64,000 bases of DNA from Psammoneis japonica (taxonomy: Eukaryota), in the NCBI GenBank assembly GCA_008632985.1, contig QPGO01000302.1, forward strand, positions 1 to 64,000, written 5' to 3'. Both the position numbers and the translations under genes were made by a program. Positions 13,436 through 26,123 of this stretch are shown here, in pieces (position 1 is the stretch's first letter; each line of letters begins with the position of its first letter). Under the pieces are notes generated by a model. It had not been told where the DNA came from, made no database searches, and saw nothing but the letters and a program-made list of their open reading frames with translations.

Positions 13436-14806
13436 CTAGGAGCTTTTGTCGCCTCCACCACGTTTGCGTTTACCGAATAGGTCACCCATAATCTTCTTTG
13501 TGACATCGCCAAACTCGTATTCATCTTTGCCAGTGAAGTCCGTGAGAGCCTGTACACGAGAGAAAAGGGATTACGAAAATGAGAATACAAGCAGAACATT
13601 AGCAGTCGTGATCATTTTGTATGCAATTTTGAGGTTCTCACCTTCTTGGTGATGTCTCCAAACTGGTAGTTCTCGGCGGCTTCTTCACCCAAGAATCCTA
13701 CAGCAAGCAATGTTAGGAGCGGACGTTGAGTGTTGGTTTCGATGCTCGCCTGCAGAGCAAGAACTGGCAGTTTACCTACCCTTGACCCATTCCCTCCTTT
13801 TGCTTTCGATGCTCGGATATGTCACCAAGCTCGTAATCCTCTTTTCCAGTGAACTCTAGAACTCGCTTCTGCACACGACGATCGACCTTGCGTACAAAAG
13901 AGCCACGTCAAGTGAAATAAGAGGGCAAATCCACTGCGTTCGAATGCAACGCGCACAAAAAGACTTACTTCCTTGATAAATCACCTGCTTGATACTCATC
14001 CTTTCCACAGAACTTAGCAACAGCCGTCTTGACACGGGAGTCGATTTCTTTACTGAGATCGCCAACTTCGTAGTCATCTTTTCCTGTCAGTTCACACGTC
14101 ATGTCTTTGCTCAGGTCGTCCTACCAGATACGCCAGAAAAAATGAGAAACCGATCATCTTCCGTAAAGGAGCATCGACTAAAGCTCGCCGAATACCTACC
14201 AGCGCAATCACAAGGTCTCCCAATTCGTATTCTTCTTTACCCCTCATATCAGCAACAGCGCTCTAAGCGTAGAGCAAGAGGAAACTTGGTATGAGAATGA
14301 GCAACAGAAATGCTACAAATATGTGCAGTATTTCAACGCACTTTAACTCTCGTATCAATCTCCTTTGCAACGTCACCGACTTTGTAATCGTCCTATGCGG
14401 TAAAAGAAACAACCAAATGAATATTGTAAAAACGCATGGTAGTTCAACAGGAAACGTTGTTCGTTGTTTCATAGTGCTGACTGTACCTTGCCAGTGAAGT
14501 CTCTAGTCTTTGCTTTCACATCTTCCAAGATTGCCACCCGGACCAATTCGGTAAGCTCCATGTTCAACCCCATCCATTCATCATCGGCAACCAGGTTGCC
14601 CACTTTCTCGATTTTTTCTTCTTCAACTTTTACAGCGGGTTTCTCGGTTTCTTCTTCCGCTCCAGAGTACAAGACGATTCTTTCAGCAACGCGTGGTGCG
14701 CCCACAAGATACCCATGCTTGATGGGGGAACTAACAAATGCAGCGACCAAAGTCACATGCGACCACAAAAAGATCGGACTGCCACCGCGTTTCTAACGTG
14801 CGACAT
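13436..14806 (-). CDS. Multi-exon protein built of G-K-x-x-Y-x-x-G-D repeats, predicted plastid-targeted
   Basis: Short GT-AG-bounded exons encode DFTGK|DDYKVGDVAK, GKEEYELGDL, GKDDYEVGDLSK, GKDEYQAGDL, GKEDYELGDIS, ENYQFGDITKK, GKDEYEFGDVTKK; N-terminus ...TLVAAFVSSP; TAG at 13438-13436. Confidence 0.7.
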
Positions 14807-15019
14807 GATGGAAAAGCTAAACACAAAACTGCGACGCAGCAGAGAACAAAAAAAGGGTGAAACATCAGCTGAGTCAGTAGTCAGTGTCACACAGCACACA
14901 GCAGAGAGATGGTGCAAGATCCAGCGCACCCTCTACCCTCCACAAGAACCAAGTAATGCTCTCTTTCTATCTCTCTCACACAACGCAGCAGGGAGGTGTA
15001 ATCGTCAACATTAACAAGC

Positions 15020-15960
15020 AATGGAGGTAGGAATGATGACACAACATACACATCAACAACATCAACATGGCGACAGTGACACAAGTCTGCCCGTCAGTGC
15101 GTCAGTGCGACAGGGGCTCGGGGCTTTCAACAGGTGTCACTGGCTTGTGCTGTCGTTGGCCAAACAGTTGTCCGCCCTGCTACCTGCTCTACTAGTAGAG
15201 AGCAGATGGTTCTATCCTCCGCCTCAGCATCGTGGCGCCCGCCATTGAGACGAAATGAAGCGGCCAATTGTGGCCACCCAATCCAACCAGTGTTCTCTCT
15301 CAGACAAGGATTGGTGTGCACCAGCCAGCAAATGGATGCGACCTCTGAGTCACGTTCCATGATGACAAGAAATGACAGCTGAAAATGTGTTGGCCATCCA
15401 ATGCTCTCGCAGAATGAAACACCACTGAAATGATGCTGCAATGGAGATGGTCTGTGTGGAGCATCTCTTCTCAAACCAACCCTCTGGTGTGTGCAACAGC
15501 AAATCGCACATGGATGGAGAGGCACTGTGTCAACGCATTTCTTCCTGGAGCCTTGAAGAAACTTGCAATGCCATGGTTCATTGTTGGATACCATGAAATG
15601 TGATCTCTATCTTCTGGGGATGTTGGCAGTGGGTGCAGCAGCAAGGACAAGTGGGGTCATGTCAGCAGACAATCTTGTTCATTGGGAGCAAGTTTTGCAC
15701 AAGCTTGGCCATGCTCACTTTGTGTGATGTTGTGTGACATCAATTTTGAGTGAATGACCAACCAATCAACTCAAATGCATCATTGGACCAACCACACTTC
15801 TTTTCATGCACTTCATTGGAGCAGGGCTGAAAGCCTCAAATCGAAGCACTGACTTGCTTTTGGATGTGACAGAAGAATCCTGCACTTGCAACACCGTAGA
15901 GCAGCTGGGGGCATGCAAGGCACCAGTGGTGTTTCTCCAATGTGCAAACCTTGGAACAAT

Positions 15961-16002
<42 letters not shown>

Positions 16003-16600
16003 TGGGGGGCAATTGTCATTGGTGGCCCTTTTCACCCAATGCATGTCTGCTGAGGCACCAGATTGGCTGGTGATGGAACATTCTGTCACTTGCTGCAAGG
16101 AAACAGACAATCGCTCTCTTGTTGGACTCTTCTTCTTCAGGATGCGGCAGCAGAGAGTGAAAATTTGAAACATTTTGAGCCAACGATGAGTTGTCACAGA
16201 AAGAGTTCATGCCATGAAGAAACACCAGATCACAGAATTCCATCACCTGAACAAGAAATTGCAGAAAGGAAAGAAAGCTGCATGCTTCAGCACAACAGGA
16301 GGAGGGCCAAAAACGAAAACTGGCACAGCACAGTGCACCAGTGGAACACCGACCAATGACAAATGTCCATCCAAGGTGCCATGAAATTGCACCGCTGAAC
16401 CATCCTGCTCCCCACTGTGTGGAAGTTCAACATTGATTCTACGAGTTCAAAGACTGACACATGCAAAGCAAATCCTGGAATGATGTAGATTCCCATTTGG
16501 CAAGGATTGCACCCAATCACAAAATTCGCCGGGGACGGGAAGTTAGGAGGAACAGACACAGGGGCAATTTCAAAATTGATGACCGAAAGCGCCAGCGCCC
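15020..16600. mobile_element. Degenerate TpA-depleted repeat island, class not recognised
   Basis: Near-absence of TA and TG/CA excess between two normal genes; no intact ORF. Confidence 0.55.
15963..15996 (+). repeat. (GA)n microsatellite
   Basis: Perfect GA run of ~16 units. Confidence 0.95.
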
Positions 16601-16823
16601 ATCCCGAGTGGTGTCTACTCTAGCGCTAGAGACGCCAAGGGGAAAAGTTCCGGCACGAATTCCAAATGATGTAACGACTCGCACTGTCTTCTTGGGTGAC
16701 GAGTCTTGGAGAATAAGGCGTTGCGACAAATGCATTGCAAATTCATACTACTTTTCATTAGTACCTAGGTATATTTCGCTTGGTTATTTGCACTGTAGCA
16801 GTCTTCCTTTTCATTCCCATTCG

Positions 16824-19533
16824 CTACGTCATGTGCGCTTCCATCTGTGCAAGGCGGATGTTTAGGTCGCCAGCATTGGATATTTGGCAGAGGCCTGAGA
16901 AGAGCACCAAAAGACGCGCCCTCTTCCTCAATTCTCCGAGGCGCTGCTGTAACGCACTTGCGCTCGACTGAGACTGATAATCTTGTGACGAACGTTTCAC
17001 CCTGTTGTGTTGTTCGTACAACGACTCCATGACACCCAAGAGGACAATAGGGAATGAATCACGCACGACAACGTCACGCGAGTTGAATTGATTCAACTTT
17101 ACTGAAACTTCATCGTCAGAAATGGGCAGAAGGCCCAAACTATCAATCGTTGACAAAGCGGACTCAAAGTCTCTCTTGTTGAGTTGATCCACAAAACCCA
17201 TCAATTCCATAAGGAGTTGCAACGTGTCGATAAGAACGAGCTTGTTTTCTGTCTCCAACACTTCTACCACGCGTGTGTGACCCTTTGTCAGATGCAGAGA
17301 CTTAAACTCAGTAGCGGCTTGAAGCCAAAAGCTACAAGAAGAGAGATGAAGCTGGCTGAGAGCTTTGCGGCCTCGCCGAATCAATCGGAAAGAGCATATC
17401 CCGTAACTTACGTTTGTTCCGGACTTGGGCTACATTTTAGCTGAGATGCTAGTTGGCGGTTCAACAAAGTCAAAAGAGCACTGTAGCGACCTGCGAGAAA
17501 CAACAGCTCAGCGGCATCTCTGAAATTCCCACGGTTGCCCGCTTCATCAGCTGCGTCTGCCAACAACGACGACACCGTTCCAGGAAAATGAGCGCTTAAT
17601 GCACTGCCATGTGCGCCATGCTTGAGCTCAGAATCTATCCTTCCGAGTAACTCAAACTGTCTTGATTCAACTATCAGAAGTGCGATCTACGGAAAAGCAT
17701 TGTTGAGAACGCAAGCTAGTTGACATTGAAACAATCAAACACGTATTCCGAAGCTACCAATCGCTTACCTCTTTCCTCTTCCTCCCATTTTCTGGAATGC
17801 GGACAAGATACTCCAGTGCAGCTGGAGCGTCCATTGGTCTCAAGACGTTGGCAAAAGAAACCAGGAGTGTGGTCAACACGCCACCAGGAGCCTCCGCCTG
17901 ACCAAGGTCAGTCAATCCGACACCAGAATGAGAAAGAACCAATCCGAGATGCGTTGCTTGCAGGAGCCCTAGCGATCCACCGGCCTGCGTAAGGTGTAAT
18001 AGAGACGTGCGATAACACTGCACCGCTAGAAGCGGTAGCGCGTAGTCCCACCCACCCGAATCTCCTGTTTCTTCAAAACGCCCCGGTCCCCATTCTCTAA
18101 CTACTTTTCCAATCTTCGCAAGTTCCTCCGCGGGTCGCTCGTGTTGAACAGCGTCCCACAGTACTCCAAACATGTAGTCTTCGATAGTCTTCACAACATC
18201 ACATGAGGTAATTGGTTCGGCTAGACTCAAAAGGCCTAATGAAGCCAAGAGGTACGAATCACCAGACTGGTGTGTCTTTGCGCGGTGGTACATGTCCACC
18301 AACTTGCGCCGATGTCTCTTGGAATTGGTGGAATCATTGTGCATCCCAGAGGCAGCCAGACGATGACTGAATCTGAGCCAATTGTGACAGCGTGCGTTGA
18401 ACAACGGGCTCGATTGTATCACCGTGTGTTGTCACAATGTTAAGTGCTTCGTTGGCGTCTCCGCAACGCAATGCGAAATACACGGCAGGCCAGGGTGAAG
18501 ATGTTGTCCCAACCTCGAGAGTCGCGTAATCCTTTACAACCGACTCCCTCATGTAAGAAGATCTACCAGATGTGCCATATAGATCATGGCCTGCAAGCTT
18601 GGCCGTGCGGACTCGCCCCGTAGCGTGAGCAAGAAACTGGCGACAATAATGCGTCAAAGCCCCCACCGCGGAAGAAAGTGGAGACACCTGAGGCTGACAA
18701 GTCATGTTTTGTAGAAGGGTCCATGCAATTCCATACGCTGAGTTTTGTGGCAATGACGGCGCACTCTCGTTACTTGCAATGCGTTGAAAGTCAGAGAAGA
18801 CGTCTCTTGATGAATATGAGCTGCGATTGAGTTTTGCAACCAGTTCAACATGTGATTGTATCGTCTGGAAGTCCAAAGACGAATCCATTGAAGAAGAGCC
18901 ATGACTGCTGTCTTTGATCAGAGCCAAGTTTTGATCATACGAAACAGAAGGAGTGGCAATAGCGTATGCGATTTCAGAAGCTAACCGGGGAATACTTGGA
19001 GTGGAAGGCGCCGGTAGACTCGCTCGATTCTGATGTCCTGTTACCTCCATAAGACACCGACTCCGTTCTCGATCCCAGTCCTCTTCCATATAATTATTCA
19101 CCAGCTTCTGCGACTTTAGATTCGTGTTGAAGCGCTCTTTTATCATTTCACGATCAAGGATACTCTGCTGGTGTTTAGCCAGTTCGTCGTGAACAGAGAG
19201 CTGAGGAGAACCGGCTTTTTCGTCATTGTTCAAAACACCGGTCCTTTGGCGTGAACCAGTGCCACCGTCGTTTGCTAATTGCCTTAGATTCTCCAGAGTC
19301 CATTCCTGATTAGGACCTAGAACAGACCGGGCCATGGCGTCGGTAGCGGTAGCATCATTGCTGTTTGCCGCGCTGACACTAGCATCCTTCAGTTCTCCCA
19401 ATGACATTTGCCATGCTTGTCTATTCCCATAATTGAAACCATCAACAGAAGAAAGTGGCTGAGATGCCAAAGAGGAAAAGTCAACTGGTGCTGATGCAGC
19501 GCCGCGGCAGGGCCCCGAGGAAGCCGTCGTCAT
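16824..19533 (-). CDS. NUP93: Nucleoporin Nup93/Nic96; intron ~17688-17768 and apparent frameshifts
   Basis: WDRERSR, WPAVYFALRCGDANEAL, KTIEDYMF, QATHLGLVL, ALEYL, ALSTIDSLGLLP, RARLLVLFSG are Nic96-family motifs. Confidence 0.85.
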
Positions 19534-20401
19534 GGTGCTCGGTTTTTGATTTCAGATTTCAGATTCGATTTTTTTTTCGCTCGGTGTGCGCGGCGTCGGT
19601 CCGTCCGTCGCCTCGGCGGTTGGTCCGTCAATCCTTCGGCCGGCTTTCCAATGATTCGTGTTGATCGAATGATTCGATATTATGTGCTGACGTGGTGATG
19701 ACGAATCAAAAGAAGAATGTTCGCGGGGTCTGAAGGGTTCGCATCGTCATCTGGCTTTCGCTGAATGTCAAGATGGTCGTTATATAATTTTGTCATTAAA
19801 CTATATATGAAACTTAATAAGTTCTATATTTTGATTATTGCCCTCCAAATGCTGAGGTTCTTTCTGAACCGTAGAAATTGTCGTAAAGCTTGGTACATCT
19901 TGATCACGCGCCATGTTCCCAACTCAAAAAGGGAAGCAGAGCGACGACATCGACGATCACCTTTTTGCAGAAGCTCCCGTGCCCACCTCTCGGGGCCGAA
20001 AGGGCCAACGGACCGAAATTCTTGTTCCGAATCGAGCAGCAGCGAAAGCCTGAGAAGTCACTTGAAAGAGTGTAGTCGGTGTTGATTGTTGAATCGACTG
20101 GAATGCAATTGAAGCGTAGAAAACCGAATTTTGAAGCAGGTATTGCGAAGTTTCGAAGAAAACACCGCTGAATCAGATTTCGGAGGAATTCCACGCTAAG
20201 TGACTTCTGAGCGAGCGAATTCTGCCCTCCTCGGGACGAATTTGAGGTTTCGAATCGGTATCCTACAGCTGTTGAAGGGGTATCCGTAATTTCGTACTTC
20301 TGAAAGCTCTCCCAGACAGTCCTAAGAATCGTTCTGTTAGCATTCCGACAGTCGCACTCAGTCACACGCTATCTCAACATCTCACACCCGGGTTATTAAG
20401 A

Positions 20402-22155
20402 ATGGCTGCTCCAGTTAACTATTCACAGGCGGTCTCCAAGGAGCCCCAAGAAGCATGTCGGGACTACTTACGAACTGGGAGATGCAAGTATGGCGCGTCG
20501 TGCAAGTACTTCCATCCTCCCAACGTGCAGAGTGGTGGAGGGATGAAGGGCCCAGTAAATCCGTCTGAACCGCTGTTTCCTATCAGGCCCAAAGAGCCGC
20601 CTTGTCAATACTATCTGAAACATGGCACGTGCAAGTTCGGCCAATCTTGCAAATTCCATCACCCTCCGCAGTCGGGTAGATCGACGGTTATTGGAGGTAG
20701 CTCTGTTGTAATGAATGTTGGGCCAGGCCGAAGTGCTAATGAAGCACACCTCCCTCAAACGTTTGTAGTGAATTCGCTAGGGGGTGAACATGGTGCCAAT
20801 ATTTCTGCCATGTCTTTGCAGTTTTTGCCACAGCGTCCTGGCGAGCCTGACTGTATCTATTTCTTGAGGAACGGTCGGTGCAAGTATGGAGCGACTTGTC
20901 GCTACCATCATCCCGTGACAGTTCAGCACACCAAACCGTCAGCTCCTCAAGAGATAACCCGGTCTCCTAGCGAAGGTAGGAGCAGATCTAGGTCACTCTC
21001 TGATGCCGTACCGGCAAATGTACAGTATGTGCATCAGTCTTCCTCTTCAGCTTTTGTGCAACAAGGGTATCACGGCAACGTTGGGTCTCAAGGCACAGCT
21101 TCAACCCATATCCTCGTCTCTGACAGACCAGTTTCGGTTGTAACAGTGAACAGCGCAAACGATCTCTCTTCTTTGGAAGGCTCTCGTCAACATTTGGCTG
21201 TAGGGGCTCGATCAAACTCATCCATGCGTCAGGACTTCTCTTCGATGCCTTCGTCTCCTGTAGTCACCTCTGTCGCGTCGTCGTACGAGACGGCTCTCTC
21301 GGAGATGCCTGTTCCTGCAGGTGACGGGTCTAATGCCTCTTGGAATCATCCAAGTCGTACCCCAAGCGGTGGTAGCCTTAGTAGCACTTATGCGGAGTCG
21401 CCAGGACAAGTTCAAGTTCAGTATGTGCGTACTGGAAGTGGCAATCGCGTCGCGCTATCTACCAGCGTAAGCGACACGAACATTGCTGGAAGGTACCATG
21501 GCATGAGTGGAAACTACGGAAGCCACTTCAGTGAGGGCTCTCCTAGCTATCACCGAATGTCGTCCAACCCTGTATGGGGCACTAGTAGCAGGAACCGTCA
21601 GGTTCGTGGTGGGAGAGAGGGGTCCTCCGTTACGTTTGAGCAACCGAGTCAGACTCACGAGAACAACCAGGTACTGTTGCTACAGCCGCTCATAGACACT
21701 ACCAAGACGACAATGCGAACAACCACCCTCCAGGTTTACCAATGACTCTGCGTGGACCTAGAAAGTCGCAGCAAAGACAGCCGTCTGAGTTGGATGATGA
21801 TGAAGGCTTGACCATGATGACATCGGCGTTGCTAACTATGCTAGACACTCCTGACGAAGGGGCCAGCTCTTCTCCAGATGACAGTGTTCCTATATCAGAT
21901 GATACAACAGTGCCTACGAATAACTTTGAGGCTGGTAATCGGCCTTACCCATCGAATGGGGTCGATCATCACGGAGGATCAACTGAGTCATCGCGTCATG
22001 ATGACTCGACATCCCAGTGGTCACGTTCGTTACAGGGTGCACCGTCAGTCGGACGACCCCTGGAACGAAATATTCAGTCCATGGCAGCTTTTCCACCTCA
22101 TCCCACTGCCCAGGGCTCGCCGTACGCCACAAACGGCAACTTCTATCTTCCCTAG
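20402..22155 (+). CDS. CCCH zinc-finger protein (three C-x8-C-x5-C-x3-H fingers) with low-complexity tail; probable frameshift near 21700
   Basis: CRDYLRTGRCKYGASCKYFH, CQYYLKHGTCKFGQSCKFHH, LPQRPGEPDCIYFLRNGRCKYGATCRYHH. Confidence 0.88.
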
Positions 22156-23001
22156 AGAGAGAGCCTTCGGGTCGAGCAACGGTCCTTTTTGTGCACACTG
22201 TATTCACCACCACACGCCCCAAAGATCGCCCTTCATGTTAAAGACATTATCACCTCACCGAAACGCTCTCATTTTTGTTGCTAAGGATTCTTGTGAATTC
22301 ACAATGATGCTAGCTGGGAAAACGCTATATATTGTTAGACCTATCTGCGCGGTAGATTAAATTTTTGATAAGTTATATAATTCTGTTTCTTGTAGCCAGG
22401 CATTTCTTCGATAGTACGATCTTGCTTCCTCATTCGTTGATACTGGCGCTGATTGACTTTCTTTCACTTCTCCGTAGGATTATTTGCAGTGCAAGTATGA
22501 TGACTTCCAAGAAAGCTGCGCTCCGTCGGTTCACCTACAGTTTGCTATTTTGTTGATCATTCGACAGGGCAAGCATCAGTTACGGCAGGAACTACCGGTA
22601 CATACAGTGAAGGCCTAGCTAGTAGAGGGTCCTAAGAGTAGCTACTCTCTCAAGCTAGCTAGAGCTAGGCCCTAGCTAGAGAGAGAGGAGTAGGGCCCTC
22701 TACTCCAGCTCTAGAGCCAGAAGGGAAGGGGGGTAGGTGTCGGATGTCACTCTAGGCCTACTTCTCCTTTCGCCGGATTGCTTCGAATGAATCGATCGAA
22801 ATGGCTGCATGTAGGGCCCTAGGTCTACGTCGTAGCAACGGTATGGATACGTGCGTCGTGCGTGCGTGCATGGTGCTCGTCTGTGACCGCCCGTCCGTCG
22901 CGCGCTCGTCACTCGTCATTCAGGGCCAGAAGCGAACATCGCAATGACCCAGACCACCGGCTTTCAGGCAGCGACGAAACACCCAGCGGCTTGCAATTAG
23001 A

Positions 23002-24667
23002 ATGATGTCTCCAAAAGAGAATGGAAGTAGAGTTGAGGGCATGAGCAATGGGGATAAAAAGCCAGAGGCCTCGTCCTTATCCGTTGCTTCGGATCTCATT
23101 CGAATGATGGATTCGGCTTTTTATGAAATGAGCTCAGCAGCAGCATCCGCAGCCAAAGAGGCCGAAGATGCCCGTCGTAACGCACACGCTGTTTCAGAAT
23201 TGGCACGTCGCTTTTCGAGCCCGTCACGTGAAAATCGCAATGGTGGTAATGGGGAGGAGTTGCCGTCGTCTTCTGTTTCGACTTCTTTGAACGAAAAGAC
23301 TACTACCGAAGCTCATCCGGAAAATACGCGTACAACTAACTCACAAGAAATTGATGTGAGCGGAGAAGATCTGGCACATGCAGTCAAGGAAAGCACCGCA
23401 ATGCTTCTTCCTGATGTAGATGAGACATCGACGGAGAGCTCACCACAGAGTGTTGAGGCAGATGAAGGTGTTGCAACTGGAGGAAAGCGCGTAGAGCCTC
23501 AGCTTCAGCCTGAAGTTACCTCTGAACGAGTGGCGCAGTCACACGCCGACGATGTTCTGGCACTTACTCTTGAGCTCGATCGAACAAAGGAGGCTCTCGA
23601 AGAGGAGCAGAGCTCTCGGCATCAAATGAAAGCTGCTCTGCAGGAGATGAAGTCGAAAAATGTACAGCTCGAAGCTCAAGTTCAGAAGCTGAAAAACGAG
23701 ATGGAAACTCAACGAGAGGATGACAGAAGAAAAACCGACAGTCTACAGTACCAGCTAGAACAAGCTCAGATCAGAGTCGAGGCAGCCGAAGAAGATGCAC
23801 AGCTAGCTCTTGATCTTGCAAAAGGCAATGCTGAAGATCGAGAAATGGTAGAAACTTGGTTGCAGCGATCTCTGCAGGAGGTGCAAGTATTGAGAGATCA
23901 GCTACAGCACGCTGGTGTATCTCCCAAAGAGATTTTCTCTTCTCCATCTCAGCCACCGTTTGATGAGCCTGAACCTGATACGAAGAAGAGGGTGGTGCGA
24001 TTTGCCGATGCACCCACTCAACCTTCTCCGCAGTCGCCGAAAGTTGCGCCGAAATCACTGGTGGTGGCTGGAAAGTCGGTATTGCTTCATAGCGGTGGGA
24101 AACCTTCCTCGCCCTCTGACGCCGGACAGCATGCTTTGCACTCCATTGTATTCACTCCAGAAAAGTCAGCAGAACGTCGTCGGAAGCTGAGAGAACGTAT
24201 CGAGGATATAAATCAGACCGGGACGCCTTCATCCTCCTCAACTGCCATTGTGCCCAGTCCTGGGAGGGCTATTTATGACGGTGCTGACATGGGCTACGCA
24301 TTCAAAGCGATGGAACACTGTCAGAATATTGTGTCTTTGTTGAGAGAGAGTGGCAAACGGCTTCGGCTAGGGGGGCATTGGTGGACACGCGATGCGCCGG
24401 ACGAGACTGATCCCAATAATGTTGAAGCGATGGCCCGACAGTATTGTCATTCTGTGGAGGTAAGAGTATTTACCCGCCCTTTTTTCTCTGGCGGCTAACC
24501 TCTGTTGTTTCATCATTCTCACATGCTGAAATCCTTAATCGTTCGTCGATGTATTTCAGATGAAGCTCGACCGGCAAAAGGGAGAAATGAGTGAACTGCA
24601 CGCGTTGTGCGATTACCTTGAACAGAACTTGAAGTCATCCACCACACCAACCAGTGCTAGCAAATAG
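23002..24667 (+). CDS. Hypothetical coiled-coil protein; intron ~24460-24559
   Basis: 498-codon ORF with a long E/Q/L/K heptad region; GAG|GTAAG donor and a short last exon MKLDRQKGEMSELHALCDYLEQ. Confidence 0.75.
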
Positions 24668-25129
24668 TCATGAATTCTTTAGGAAGATATTCTTTTTTAG
24701 AAGAGAATTACCTAAGCTCTCCTCTTAGGAAGGCAAATGTGGGAATCGATAAGGAGCTTCTCAGTATTTCCGGTTTGAGTCAAGCTGTCCAGTCACATTA
24801 TTCGAGCCTACATCAGATTGAAAACTTGACACTCTCCAGTCGTCCACTTTCCAATGTGCACAGTATGACAGTGCCCGTACTGTGCACGCCTCTTTTCTAC
24901 TTCTAGAGATAACAAGAATACCAAGATCAGCGCCGGCTATCTCGGCGTTTTGATACATTCCACTTTTTTCGGCATTGTTGATAGCAAACGAAACCACCGA
25001 AATGAGAATAGCGAGGAGGGAGTCACTTTGGACGAGGTAGTGATTTGACCAGCCGATCAGGCCGCAAGAGTGTACGCAGGAAGACGCATATGCTCACCAT
25101 CAGCATTGTCGCACAACAAAAATTGGTTC

Positions 25130-25967
25130 TTGCCGGGACGCCTACCGCCTACGTACTGCCATTCCGGTGCCCAGTTGCCGCCGTCATCTTGAACTCGACA
25201 ACACGTCTTCATTTAGTATTTGACATGGTAGTATTCTCTTTTGCAGTCACGGGGGCATTATATACTGTACGTAAACCTCCTTCTGACTCACATTGGGAGG
25301 TTTCCATCCCGGAATTTCAAATACTTCCGAGACAACAACACTTCCAGGCTTGAGTTCTATTTGCAGCTTTTCTCTCAGATCAAGCATCATAGTCAATAGG
25401 GTTCAATCCGTAGACAACAACTACGTCGACACCGAAACATCAACTCTTTCCATAGATCGCGCAAGACAAAACTAGTTAATGACCAATACGTTGGAGCCTG
25501 GATAAATCGCCGAGTAGCAGCCCAAAGGTGCAGCTCTTTGGATAGAGGCAAAACAATACGTAAATTCAGGGATCGTTGTTAGTGTGTCACCCTTCGTATA
25601 AACACAGCATCAAGTCTCTAGAAAGGACCGTAAATCAATGAAGCTCACAGGGATTCATTTCGCATCCAACGCCAACGAAACCCTCTCTAGCCGCTCGAAA
25701 GACAACTCGACCGTCACCGCTGCCGCCAAGGTCAACAAACTTCAATTCAAGAGAGGCAAATTTTCTTAGTTGCAAAAACATGGAGTCCACTCTCTTTGAA
25801 TTTTGGGAGATACGGAGCTCCCCCACCATTAATAACAGGAGGAAGGCGGAGAAGAATTCCCAGATTGAGCACAAATGGCCCACCTCCGAGAACAGGTGCA
25901 AAGACGGGGTGCATTCCAACTTAGAATCGTCAACCATCTCGAGCGGTTCTTTGGTTTCACCTTTCAT
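25130..25967 (-). CDS. FAM173/ATPSCKMT-like SAM-dependent methyltransferase with many indels (sequence errors or pseudogene)
   Basis: FVDLG(G)SGDGRVVFRAAREG..GVGCEMNP, LRDLWK, VVVYGL and ELKPGSVVVS..FEIPGWKP across frames; 3' end approximate. Confidence 0.65.
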
Positions 25968-26123
25968 TTTTAGAATCTACCTCGAGAAACGCAATAGAGG
26001 AGTCGAGAGAGTTATTGTCGAGACAGACGAGTTTTTAGTTGTAATCAAGGCAGCAAGAAATAGTAAGTGATGAAAAAATGAGAAAAGAGAAGAGAGGAAC
26101 TTCAAACTGCGCGCGCGCCAAAA

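Noticed and set aside
15250..15600. Minus-strand LHTDHLHCSIISVVFH...WPLHF resembling a 2OG-Fe(II) oxygenase HxD motif
   Set aside because: His is inflated by the mutation bias, the frame has stops, and the opposite strand is about as open; not supportable without a profile search.
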